DNA of 64,000 nt from Octopus sinensis (lineage: Eukaryota). A program made the translations under genes and the position numbers. The stretch covers positions 63,798,001 to 63,862,000 of the forward strand of contig NC_043004.1 in the NCBI RefSeq assembly GCF_006345805.1. Reading direction: 5' to 3'. Below are positions 11,901-26,900 of this stretch, piece by piece. The stretch's first letter is position 1; every line of letters begins with the position of its first letter. The notes under the pieces are model-generated. The model searched no databases and had not been told where the DNA came from. It saw only the letters and a list, made by a program, of their open reading frames with translations.

Positions 11901-14900
11901 GTTGATATGGAGGGAAAACAGCAAAATATCACATGTACAAATTGTGTTTACTCAAAAATAATTCCACGTTGATATGGAGGGAAAACAGCAAAATATCACA
12001 TGTACAAAGTATGTTTACTCAAAAATAATTCACGTCGATATGGAGGAAAAAGCAAATATATCACATGTCCAAAGTGTGTTTACTCAAAACTAATTCACGA
12101 AGATATGGAGGGTAAAAACAGCAAAATATCACATGTACAAAGTGTGTTTACTCAAAAATAATTCACGTTGATATGGAGGGAAAACAGCAATATCACATGC
12201 ACAATGTGTTTACTCAAAGTAATTCACGGCGATATGGAGGAAAAAACAGCAAAATATCACATGTACAAAAAGTGTTTACTCACAAACAATTCACGCGATA
12301 TGGAGGGAAAACAGCAAATATCACATGTTCAAAGTGTGTTTACTACAAAATAATTCACGGCGACATGAGGGAAACAAGCAAAATATCAAATGTACAAAGT
12401 GTTTTACTCAAAGAATAATTCACGGCGATATGGAGGGAAAACAGCAAAATATCACATGTACAAAGTGTGTTTACTCAAAAATAATTCACGTTGATATGGA
12501 GGGAAAACAGCAAATAACACATGTACAAAGTGTATTTACTCAAAAAATATTACGCCGGCGATATGGAGGGAAAACAGCAAAATATCACATGTACAAGTGT
12601 GTTTACTTCAAAAATATTATCACGTTGATATGGAGGGAAAACAGCAAAATATACATGTACAAAGATTGTTTACTCAAAAATAATTCACGTTGATATGGAG
12701 GGAAAACAGCAAAATAATCACATGTACAAAGTGTGTTTTACTCAAAAATATTTCACGGCGATATGGAGGGAAACAGCAAAATATCATATGTACAAAGAGT
12801 GTTTTACTCAAAAATAATCATGTTGATATGGAGGGAAACAGCAAATATCACTGTACAAAGTGTGTTTACTCAAAAATAATTCACGCGATATGGAGGGAAA
12901 ACAGCAAAATATCACATGTACAAGTGTGTTTTACTCAAAAATAATTCACGTTGATATGGAGGTAAAACAGCAAAATATCACATGTACAAAGTGTGTTTAC
13001 TCAAAATAATTCACGGCGATATGGAGGGAAACAGCAAATATCACATGTACAAAGGTGTTACTCAAAATAATTCACGGCGATATGAGGGAAACGCAGTAAA
13101 ATCATCATGTACAAAGTGCGTTTACTCAAAATAATTCACGTTGATATGGAGGGAAAACAGCAAAATATCACATGTACAAAGAGTGTTTACTCAAAAATAA
13201 TTCATGTGATATGGAGGGAAACAGCAAAATATCACATGTACAAAGTGTGTTACTCAAAATAATTCACGTCGATATGAGGGAAAACAGCAAAATATCACAT
13301 TTACAAAAGTGTGTTTACTCAAAAATAATTCACGTTGATATGGAGGGAAAACAGCAAAATATCACATTTACAAAGTGTGGCTTACTCAAAACTAATTCAC
13401 GAAGATATGGAGGTAAAACAGCAAAATATCACATGTACAAAGTGTTTTACTCAAAAATAATTCACGGCGATATGGAGGAAAACAGCAAATATCACAGGTA
13501 CAAAGAGTGTTTTACTCCAAACAATTCACGGCGATATGGAGGGAAAACAACAAAATATCACATGTTCAAAGTGTGTTTACTCAAAATAATTCACGGCGAC
13601 ATGGAGGGAAAACAGCAAAATATCACATGTACAAAGTGTGTCTCAAAAATATTCACGTTGATATTGGAGGGAAAACAGCAAAATATCACATGTACAAAGT
13701 GTGTTTACTCAAAAAAATAATTCACGTTGATATGGAGGAAAACAGCAACATATCAAATGTACAAAGTGTGTTTACTCAAGAATAATTCACGGCGATATGG
13801 AGGGAAAACAGCAAAATATCACATGTACAAAGTGTGTTTACTCAAAAATAATTCACGTTGATATGGAGGGAAAACAGCAATAACACATGTACAAAGTGTA
13901 TTTTACTCAAAAATAATTCACGGCGATATGGAGGGAAAACAGCAAATATCACATGTACAAAGTGTGTTTACTCAAAAATAATTCACGTTGATATGGAGGG
14001 AAACAGCAAAATATCACATGTACAAAGATTGTTTACTCAAAAATAATTCACGTTGATATGGAGGGAAACAGCAAATATCACATGTACAAAGTGTGTTTAC
14101 TCAAAATAATTCACGGCGATATGGAGGGAAAACAGCAAAATATCACATATGTACAAAGAGTGTTTACTCAAAATAATTCATGGCATGTTGATATGGAGGG
14201 AAACGCCAAAATCACAGTACAAGTGTGTTTACTCAAATAATTCACGGCGATATGGAGGGAAAACAGCAAATATCACATTTACAAAGTGGTGTTTGAATTT
14301 ACAAAGTACTCAACACTAATTCACGAAGATATGGAGGGTGAACAGCAAAATATCACATGTACAAAGTGTGTTTACTCAAAAATAATTCACGTTGATATGG
14401 AGGGAAAACAGCAAAATATCACAGGTACAAAGTGTGTTTACACTCAAAAATAATTCACGGCGATATGGATGGAAACAGCAAAATATCACATGTACAAAGA
14501 GTGTTTACTCAAAAATAATTCACGGCGATATGGAGGGAATCCAGTATAAATATCACATGTACAAAGTGCGTTACCACTCAAAAATATTCACGTTGATATG
14601 GAGGGAAAACAGCAAACTATCACATGTACAAAGAGTGTTTACTCAAATAATTCATGTTGATATGGAGGGAAAACAGCAAAATATCACATGTACAAATGTG
14701 TTTACTCAAAAATAATTCACGTTGATATGAGGGAAAACAGCAAAATATCACATTTACAAAGTGTGTTTACTCAAAATAATTCACGTTGATATGGAGGGAA
14801 AACAGCAAAATATCACATGTACAAAGTGTGTTTACTCAAAAATAATACAACGCGCGATATGGAGGAAAACAGCAAAATATCACATGTAGCTAAAGAGTTT

Positions 14901-17900
14901 TACTCAAAATAATTCAGCGGCGATATGGAGGGAACCAGCAAAATATCACTGTACAAAGTGTGTTTACTCAAAATTAATTCACGTTGATATGGGAGGGCTA
15001 AAACAGCAAAATATCACATGTACAAAGTGTGTTTACTCAAAACTAATTCACGAAGATATGGAGGGAAAACAGCAAAATATCACATGTACAAAGTGTGTTT
15101 TTACTCAAAAATAATCACGTTGATATTGAGGGGAAAACAGCAAAATATCACATGTACAAAGTGTGTTTACTCAAAAATAATTCACGGCGATATGGAGGGA
15201 AACAGCAAATATCACATGTACAAAGTAGTGTTTACTCAAAATAATTCATGTGATATGGAGGGAAAACAGCAAACATATCACATGTACAAAGTGTGTTTAC
15301 ACTCAAAAATAATTCACGGCGATTGGAGGGAAAAACAGCAAAATATCACATGTACAAAGTGTGTTACTCAAAAATAATTCACGGCGATATGGAGGGAAAC
15401 CAGCAAAATATCACATGTACAAGAGTGTTTACTCAAAAAAATTCAGTTGATATGGAGGGAAAACAGCAAAATATCACATGTACAAAGTGTGTTTACTCAA
15501 ACTAATTCACGGCGATATGGAGGAAAACAGCAAAATATCACATTACAAAGTGTGTTTACTCAAACTTTAACGATTGATATGGAGGGTAAACACAGCAATA
15601 TCACTGTGTACAAAGTGTGTTTACTCAAAAATAATTCACGTTGATATGAGGGAAAACAGCAAAATATCACAATGTACAAAGTGTGTTTACTCAAAAATAA
15701 TTCCGTTGATATGGAGGGAAAACAGCAAATATCACATGTACAAAGAGTGTTTACTCAAAAATAATTCACGGCGATATGGAGGGAAACCAGCAAAATATCA
15801 CATGTACAAAGTGGCTTTACTCAAAATAATTCACGTTGATATGGAGGGAAAAAAGCAAAATATCACATGTACAAAGTGTGTTTACTCAAAAATAATTCAT
15901 GTTGATATGGAGGGAAAACAGCAAAATATCACATGTACAAAGTGTTTTTACTCAAAAAATAATTCACGTTGATATGGAGGGAAAACAGCAAAATATCACA
16001 TTTACAAAGTGTGTTTACTCAAAAATAATTCACGTTGATATGGAGGGAAACAGCAAAATATCACATGTACAAAGTGTGTTTTACTCAAACTAATTCACGT
16101 TGATATGGAGGGTGAAACATCAAAATATCACTGTACAAAGTGTGTTTACTCAAAAATAATTCACGTTTGATATGGAGGGAAAACAGCAAAATATCACATG
16201 TACAAAGTGTGTTACTCAAAAATAATTCACGGCGATAAGGGGGGAAAACAGCAACTATCACATGTACAAAGAGTGTTTACTCAAAATAATTCACGGCTGA
16301 TATGGAGGGAAACCAGCAAAATATCACATGTACAAAGTGTGTTTACTCAAAATAATTCACGTTGATATGGAGGGAAAACAGCAAAATATCACATGTACAA
16401 AGTGTGTTTACTCAAAAATAATCACGAGTATATGGAGGGAAAAAGCAAAATATCACATGTACAAAGAGTGTTTACTCAAAATAATTCACGTTGATATGGA
16501 GGGAAAACAGCAACATATCACATGTACAAAGTGTGTTTACTCAAAAATAATTCACGTTGATAGGGAGGGAAAACAGCAAAATATCACATGTACAAAGTGT
16601 GTTTACTCAAAATAATTCCGTTTGATATGGAGGGAAAACACAAAATATCACATGTACAAAGTGTGTTTACTCAAAAATAATTCACGGCGATATGGAGGGA
16701 AAACAGCAAATATCACATGTACAAAATGTGTTTACTCAAAAATATTCACGGGAGATATGGAGGGAAAACAGTAAAATATCACATGTACAAAGTGTGTTAC
16801 TCAAAATAATTCACGCGATATGGAGGGAAAACAACAATATCACATGTACAAAGAGTGTTACTCAAAAATAATTCACGGTGGATATGGAGAGAAACAGCAA
16901 ATATCACATGTACAAAGAGTGTTTACTCAAAAATAATTCACGTTGATATGGAGGGACAACAGCAAATATCACAGTACAAAGTGTGTTTACTCAAAATAAT
17001 TCACGTTGATATGGAGGGGAAAACAGCAAAATATCACATGTACAAAGTGTGTTACTCAAAAATATTCACTGAGATATGGAGGGAGAAACAGCAAAATATC
17101 ACATGTACAAAGTTGTTTACTCAAAAATAATTCACGGTTGATATGGAGGGTAAACAGCAAATATCACATGTACAAAGTGTGTTTACTCAAAAATAATTCA
17201 CGGCGATATGGATGGAGGGAAAACAGCAAAATTCACATGTACAAAGAGTGTTTACTCAAAAATAATTCACGTTGATATGGAGGAAAACCGCAAATATCAC
17301 ATGTACAAAGTGTGTTACTCAAAAATAATTCACGGTGATATGGAGGGAAAAGCACGCAAATATCACATGTACAAAGTCTGTTTACTCACAAAATAATTCA
17401 CGGTTGATATGGAGGGAAACAGCAAATATCACATGTACAAGTGTGTTTACAGCAAAATAATTCACGGCGATATGGAGGGAAACAGCAAATATCACATGTA
17501 CAAGATGTGTTTTACTCAAAAATAATTCACGTTGATATGGAGGGAAAACAGCAAAATATCACATGTACAAAGTGTGTTTACTCAAAAATAATTCACGGGA
17601 TATGGAGGGAAAACAGCAAAATATCACATGTACAAAGTGTGTTTACTCAAAAATAATTCACGTTGATATGGAGGGAAAACAGCAAAATATCACATGTACA
17701 AGTGTGTTTACTCAAAAATAATTCACGTTGATATGGAGGGAAAACAGCAAAATATCACATGTACAAAGTGTGTTTACTCAAAAATAATTCACTTTGATAT
17801 GGAGGGGAAACAGCAAAATATCACATGTACAAAGTGTGTTTACTCAAAAATAATTCACGGCGATATGGAGGGAAAACAGCAAAATATCATGTACAAAGTG

Positions 17901-20900
17901 TGTTTACTCAAAAATAATTCACGTTGATATGGAGGGAAAACAGCAAAATATCACATGTACAAAGTGTTTACTCAAAAATAATTCACGTTGATATGGAGGG
18001 AAAACAGCAAAATATCACATGTACAAAGTGTGTTACTCAAAAATAATTCACGTTGATATGGAGGGAAAACAGCAAAATATCACATGTACAAAGTGTGTTT
18101 ACTCAAAAATAATTCACGTTGATATGGAGGGAAAACAGCAAAATATCACATGTACAAAGTGTGTTACTCAAAATAATTCACGTGATATGGAGGGAAAACA
18201 GCAAAATATCACATGTACAAAGTGTGTTTACTCAAAAATAATTCACGTTGATATGGAGGGAAAACGCAAAATATCACATGTACAAAGTGTGTTTACTCAA
18301 AAATAATTCACGGCGATATGGAGGGAAAACAGCAAAATATCACATGTACAAAGTGTGTTTACTCAAAAATAATTCACGTTGATATGGAGGGAAAACAGCA
18401 AAATATCACATGTACAAAGTGTGTTTACTCAAAAATAATTCACGGCGATATGGAGGGAAAACAGCAAAATATCACATGTACAAAGTGTGTTTACTCAAAA
18501 ATAATTCACGGCGATATGGAGGGAAAACAGCAAAATATCACATGTACAAAGAGTGTTTACTCAAAAATAATTCACGGCGATATGGAGGGAAAACAGCAAA
18601 ATATCACATGTACAAAGAGTGTTTACTCAAAAATAATTCACGTTGATATGGAGGGAAAACAGCAAAATATCACATGTACAAAGTGTGTTTACTCAAAAAT
18701 AATTCACGTTGATATGGAGGGAAAACAGCAAAATATCACATGTACAAAGTGTGTTTACTCAAAAATAATTCACGGCGATATGGAGGGAAAACAGCAAAAT
18801 ATCACATGTACAAAGTGTGTTTACTCAAAATAATTCACGTTGATATGGAGGGAAAACAGCAAAATATCACATGTACAAAGTGTGTTTACTCAAAAATAAT
18901 TCACGGCGATATGGAGGGAAAACAGCAAAATATCACATGTACAAAGAGTGTTTACTCAAAAATAATTCACGTTGATATGGAGGGAAAACAGCAAAATATC
19001 ACATGTACAAAGTGTGTTTACTCAAAAATAATTCACGGCGATATGGAGGGAAAACAGCAAAATATCACATGTACAAAGTGTGTTTACTCAAAAATAATTC
19101 ACGTTGATATGGAGGGAAAACAGCAAAATATCACATGTACAAAGTGTGTTTACTCAAGAATAATTCACGGCGATATGGAGGGAAAACAGCAAAATATCAC
19201 ATGTACAAAGAGTGTTTACTCAAAAATAATTCACGTTGATATGGAGGGAAAACAGCGAAATATCACATGTACAAAGTGTGTTTACTCAAAAATAATTCAC
19301 GTTGATATGGAGGGAAAACAGCAAAATATCACATGTACAAAGTGTGTTTACTCAAAAATAATTCACGTTGATATGGAGGGAAAAACAGCAAAATATCACA
19401 TGTACAAAGTGTGTTTACTCAAAAATAATTCACGGCGATATGGAGGGAAAACAGCAAAATATCACATGTACAAAGTGTGTTTACTCAAAAATAATTCACG
19501 TTGATATGGAGGGAAAACAGCAAAATATCACATGTACAAAGTGTGTTTACTCAAAAATAATTCACGTTGATATGGAGGGAAAACAGCAAAATATCACATG
19601 TACAAAGTGTGTTTACTCAAAAATAATTCACGGCGATATGGAGGGAAAACAGCAAAATATCACATGTACAAAGAGTGTTTACTCAAAAATAATTCACGTT
19701 GATATGGAGGGAAAACAGCAAAATATCACATGTACAAAGAGTGTTTACTCAAAAATAATTCACGTTGATATGGAGGGAAAACAGCAAAATATCACATGTA
19801 CAAAGTGTGTTTACTCAAAAATAATTCACGTTGATATGGAGGGAAAACAGCAAAATATCACATGTACAAAGTGTGTTACTCAAAAATAATTCACGGCGAT
19901 ATGGAGGGAAAACAGCAAAATATCACATGTACAAAGTGTGTTTACTCAAAAATAATTCACGTTGATATGGAGGGAAAACAGCAAAATATCACATGTACAA
20001 AGTGTGTTTACTCAAAATAATTCACGTTGATATGGAGGGAAAACAGCAAAATATCACATGTACAAAGTGTGTTTACTCAAAAAAATTCACGTTGATATGG
20101 AGGGAAAACAGCAAAATATCACATGTACAAAGTGTGTTTACTCAAAAATAATTCACGTTGATATGGAGGGAAAACAGCAAAATATCACATGTACAAAGTG
20201 TGTTTACTCAAAAATAATTCACGTTGATATGGAGGGAAAACAGCAAAATATCACATGTACAAAGTGTGTTTACTCAAAAATAATTCACGTTGATATGGAG
20301 GGAAAACAGCAAAATATCACATGTACAAAGTGTGTTTACTCAAAATAATTCACGGCGATATGGAGGAAAACAGCAAAATATCACATGTACAAAGTGTGTT
20401 TACTCAAAATAATTCACGTGATATGGAGGGAAAACAGCAAAATATCACATGTACAAAGTGTGTTTACTCAAAAATAATTCACGGCGATATGGGAGGGAAA
20501 ACAGCAAAATATCACATGTACAAAGTGTTTACTCAAAAATAATTCACGGCGATATGGAGGGAAAACAGCAAAATATCACATGTACAAAGTGTGTTTACTC
20601 AAAAATAATTCACGTTGATATGGAGGGAAAACAGCAAAATATCACATGTACAAAGTGTGTTTACTCAAAAATAATTCACGGTTGATATGGAGGGAAAACA
20701 GCAAAATATCACATGTACAAAGTGTGTTTACTCAAAAATAATTCACGTTGATATGGAGGGAAAACAGCAAAATATCACATGTACAAAGTGTGTTTACTCA
20801 AAAAATTCACGGCGATATGGAGGGAAAACAGCAAAATATCACATGTACAAAAAGTGTTTACTCAAAAATAATTCACGTTGATATGGAGGGAAAACAGCAA

Positions 20901-23900
20901 AATATCACATGTACAAAGTGTGTTTACTCAAAAATAATTCACGCGATATGGAGGGAAAACAGCAAAATATCACATGTAAAAAAGTGTGTTACTCAAAAAT
21001 AATTCACGGCGATATGGAGGGAAAACAGCAAAATATCACATGTACAAAGTGTGTTTACTCAAAAATAATTCACGTTGATATGGAGGGAAACAGCAAAATA
21101 TCACATGTACAAAGTGTGTTTACTCAAAAATAATTCACGTTGATATGGAGGGAAAACAGCAAAATATCACATGTACAAAGTGTGTTTACTCAAAAATAAT
21201 TCACGGCGATATGGAGGGAAAACAGCAAAATATCACATGTACAAAGTGTGTTTACTCAAAAATAATTCACGTTGATATGGAGGGAAAACAGCAAAATATC
21301 ACATGTACAAAGTGTGTTTACTCAAAAATAATTCACGTTGATATGGAGGGAAAACAGCAAAATCACATGTACAAAGTGTGTTTACTCAAAATAATTCACG
21401 TTGATATGGAGGGAAAACAGCAAAATATCACATGTACAAAGTGTGTTTACTCAAAAATAATTCACGTTGATATGGAGGGAAAACAGCAAAATATCACATG
21501 TACAAAGTGTGTTTACTCAAAATAATTCACGGCGATATGGAGGGAAAACAGCAAAATATCACATGTACAAAGAGTGTTTACTCAAAAATAATTCACGGCG
21601 ATATGGAGGGAAAACAGCAAAATATCACATGTACAAAGTGTGTTTACTCAAAAATAATTCACGGCGATATGGAGGGAAAACAGCAAAATATCACATGTAC
21701 AAAGAGTGTTTACTCAAAAATAATTCACGTTGATATGGAGGGAAAACAGCAAAATATCACATGTACAAAGAGTGTTTACTCAAAAATAATTCACGTTGAT
21801 ATGGAGGGAAAACAGCAAAATATCACATGTACAAAGTGTGTTTACTCAAAAATAATTCACGGCGATATGGAGGGAAAACAGCAAAATATCACATGTACAA
21901 AGTGTGTTTACTCAAAAATAATTCACGTTGATATGGAGGGAAAACAGCAAAATATCACATGTACAAAGTGTGTTTACTCAAAACTAATTCACGGCGATAT
22001 GGAGGGAAAACAGCAAAATATCACATGTACAAAGTGTGTTTACTCAAAAATAATTCACGTTGATATGGAGGGAAAACAGCAAAATATCACATGTACAAAG
22101 TGTGTTTACTCAAAAATAATTCACGGCGATATGGAGGGAAAACAGCAAAATATCACATGTACAAAGTGTGTTTACTCAAAAATAATTCACGTTGATATGG
22201 AGGGAAAACAGCAAATATCACATGTACAAAGTGGTTTACTCAAAAATAATCACGGCGATATGGAGGGAAAACAGCAAAATATCACATGTACAAAGTGTGT
22301 TTACTCAAAAATAATTCACGGCGATATGGAGGGAAAACAGCAAAATATCACATGTACAAAGTGTGTTTACTCAAAAATAATTCACGTTGATATGGAGGGA
22401 AAACAGCAAAATATCACATGTACAAAGTGTGTTTACTCAAAAATAATTCACGTTGATATGGAGGGAAAACAGCAAAATATCACATGTACAAAGTGTGTTT
22501 ACTCAAAAATAATTCACGTTGATATGGAGGGAAAACAGCAAAATATCACATGTACAAAGAGTGTTTACTCAAAAATAATTCACGTTGATATGGAGGGAAA
22601 ACAGCAAAATATCACATGTACAAAGTGTGTTTACTCAAAAATAATTCACTTTGATATGGAGGGAAAACAGCAAAATATCACATGTACAAAGTGTGTTTAC
22701 TCAAAACTAATTCACGAAGATATGGAGGGTAAAACAGCAAAATATCACATGTACAAAGTGTGTTTACTCAAAAATAATTCACGTTGATATGGAGGGAAAA
22801 CAGCAAAATATCACATGTACAAAGTGTGTTTACTCAAAATAATTCACGTTGATATGGAGGGAAAACAGCAAAATATCACATGTACAAAGTGTGTTTACTC
22901 AAAAATAATTCACGTTGATATGGAGGGAAAACAGCAAAATATCACATGTACAAAGTGTGTTTACTCAAAAATAATTCACGTTGATATGGAGGGAAAACAG
23001 CAAAATATCACATGTACAAAGTGTTTACTCAAAAATAATTCACGTTGATATGGAGGGAAAACAGCAAAATATCACATGTACAAAGTGTGTTTACTCAAAA
23101 ATAATTCACGTTGATATGGAGGGAAAACAGCAAAATATCACATGTACAAAGTGTGTTTACTCAAAAATAATTCACGAAGATATGGGGGGGAAAACAGCAA
23201 AATATCACATGTACAAAGTGTGTTTACTCAAAAATAATTCACGTTGATATGGAGGGAAAACAGCAAAATATCACATGTACAAAGTGTGTTTACTCAAAAA
23301 TAATTCACGTTGATATGGAGGGAAAACAGCAAAATATCACATGTACAAAGTGTGTTTACTCAAAAATAATTCACGGCGATATGGAGGGAAAACAGCAAAA
23401 TATCACATGTACAAAGTGTGTTTACTCAAAAATAATTCACGGCGATATGGAGGGAAAACAGCAAAATATCACATGTACAAAGTGTGTTTACTCAAAAATA
23501 ATTCACGGCGATATGGAGGGAAAACAGCAAAATATCACATGTACAAAGTGTGTTTACTCAAAAATAATTCACGGTGATATGGAGGGAAAACAGCAAAATA
23601 TCACATGTACAAAGTGTGTTTACTCAAAAATAATTCACGGCGATATGGAGGGAAAACAGCAAAATATCACATGTACAAAGAGTGTTTACTCAAAAATAAT
23701 TCACGTTGATATGGAGGGAAAACAGCAAAATATCACATGTACAAAGTGTGTTTACTCAAAAATAATTCACGTTGATATGGAGGGAAAACAGCAAAATATC
23801 ACATGTACAAAGTGTGTTTACTCAAAAATAATTCACGGCGATATGGAGGGAAAACAGCAAAATATCACATGTACAAAGTGTGTTTACTCAAAAATAATTC

Positions 23901-26900
23901 ACGTTGATATGGAGGGAAAACAGCAAAATATCACATGTACAAAGTGTGTTTACTCAAAAATAATTCACGTTGATATGGAGGGAAACAGCAAAATATCACA
24001 TGTACAAAGTGTGTTTACTCAAAAATAATTCACGGCGATATGGAGGGAAAACAGCAAAATATCACATGTACAAAGAGTGTTACTCAAAATAATTCACGTT
24101 GATATGGAGGGAAAACAGCAAAATATCACATGTACAAAGTGTGTTTACTCAAAAATAATTCACGTTGATATGGAGGGAAAACAGCAAAATATCACATGTA
24201 CAAAGTGTGTTACTCAAAAATAATTCACGTGATATGGAGGGAAAACAGCAAAATATCACATGTACAAAGTGTGTTTACTCAAAAATAATTCACGTTGATA
24301 TGGAGGGAAAACAGCAAAATATCACATGTACAAAGTGTGTTTACTCAAAAATAATTCACGTTGATATGGAGGGAAAACAGCAAAATATCACATGTACAAA
24401 GTGTGTTTACTCAAAAATAATTCACGTTGATATGGAGGGAAAACAGCAAAATATCACATGTACAAAGTGTGTTTACTCAAAAATAATTCACGGCGATATG
24501 GAGGGAAAACAGCAAAATATCACATGTACAAATGTGTTTACTCAAAAATAATTCACGGCGATATGGAGGGAAAACAGCAAAATATCACATGTACAAGGTG
24601 TGTTTACTCAAAAATAATTCACGGCGATATGGAGGGAAAACAGCAAATATCACATGTACAAAGTGTGTTTACTCAAAAATAATTCACGTTGATATGGAGG
24701 GAAAACAGCAAAATATCACATGTACAAAGTGTGTTTACTCAAAAATAATTCACGCGATATGGAGGGAAAACAGCAAAATCACATGTACAAAGTGTGTTTA
24801 CTCAAAAATAATTCACGTTGATATGGAGGGAAAACAGCAAAATATCACATGTACAAAGTGTGTTTACTCAAAATAATTCACGGCGATATGGAGGGAAAAC
24901 AGCAAAATATCACATGTACAAAGTGTGTTTACTCAAAAATAATTCACGTTGATATGGAGGGAAAACAGCAAAATATCACATGTACAAAGTGTGTTTACTC
25001 AAAATAATTCACGTTGATATGGAGGGAAAACAGCAAAATATCACATGTACAAAGGTGTTTACTCAAAAATAATTCACGTTGATATGGAGGGAAAACAGCA
25101 AAATATCACATGTACAAAGTGTGTTTACTCAAAATAATTCACGTTGATATGGAGGGGAAAACAGCAAAATATCACATGTACAAAGTGTGTTTACTCAAAA
25201 ATAATTCACGTTGATAGGATGGGGAAAACAGCAAAATATCACATGTACAAAGAGTGTTTACTCAAAAATAATTCACGTTGATATGGAGGGAAAACAGCAA
25301 AATATCACATGTACAAGAGTGTTTACTCAAAAATAATTCACGTTGATATGGAGGGAAAACAGCAAAATATCACATGTACAAAGAGTGTGTTACTCAAAAA
25401 TAATTCACGTTGATATGGAGGGAAAAACAGCAAAATATCACATGTACAAAGTGTGTTTACTCAAAAATAATTCACGGCGATATGGAGGGAAAACAGCAAA
25501 ATATCACATGTACAAAGTGTGTTTACTCAAAAATAATTCACGTTGATATGGAGGGAAACAGCAAAATATCACATGTACAAAGTGTGTGTTTACTCAAAAA
25601 TAATTCACGGCGATATAGGGAAAACAGCAAAATATCACATGTACAAAGTGTGTTTACTCAAAAATAATTCACGTTGATATGGAGGGAAAACAGCAAAATA
25701 TCACATGTACAAAGAGTGTTTACTCAAAAAATAATTCACGGCGATATGGAGGGAAAACAGCAAAATATCACATGTACAAAGTGTGTTTACTCAAAATAAT
25801 TCACGGCGATATGGAGGGAAAACAGCAAAATATCACATGTACAAAGTGTGTTTACTCAAAAATAATTCACGTTGATATGGAGGGAAAACAGCAAAATATC
25901 ACATGTACAAAGAGTGTTTACTCAAAAATAATTCACGGCGATATGGAGGGAAAACAGCAAAATATCACATGTACAAAGTGTGTTTACTCAAAAATAATTC
26001 ACGGCGATATGGAGGGAAAACAGCAAAATATCACATGTACAAAGTGTGTTTACTCAAAAATAATTCACGTTGATATGGAGGGAAAACAGCAAAATATCAC
26101 ATGTACAAAGTGTGTTTACTCAAAAATAATTCACGGCGATATGGAGGGAAAACAGCAAAATATCACATGTACAAAGTGTGTTTACTCAAAAATAATTCAC
26201 GTTATATGGAGGGAAAACAGCAAAATATCACATGTACAAAGTGTGTTTACTCAAAAATAATTCACGTTGATATGGAGGGAAAACAGCAAAATATCACATG
26301 TACAAAGTGTGTTTACTCAAAATAATTCACGGCGATATGGAGGGAAAACAGCAAAATATCACATGTACAAAGAGTGTTTACTCAAAAATAATTCACGGCG
26401 ATATGGAGGGAAAACAGCAAAATATCACATGTACAAAGTGTGTTTACTCAAAAATAATTCACGTTGATATGGAGGGAAACAGCAAAATATCACATGTACA
26501 AAGTGTGTTTACTCAAAAATAATTCACGGCGATATGGAGGGAAAACAGCAAAATATCACATGTACAAAGAGTGTTTACTCAAAAATAATTCACGTTGATA
26601 TGGAGGGAAAACAGCAAAATATCACATGTACAAAGTGTGTTTACTCAAAAATAATTCACGTTGATATGGAGGGAAAACAGCAAAATATCACATGTACAAA
26701 GTGTGTTTACTCAAAAATAATTCACGTTGATATGGAGGGAAAACAGCAAAATATCACATGTACAAAGTGTGTTTACTCAAAAATAATTCACGTTGATATG
26801 GAGGGAAAACAGCAAAATATCACATGTACAAAGTGTGTTTACTCAAAAATAATTCACGTTGATATGGAGGGAAAACAGCAAAATATCACATGTACAAAGT

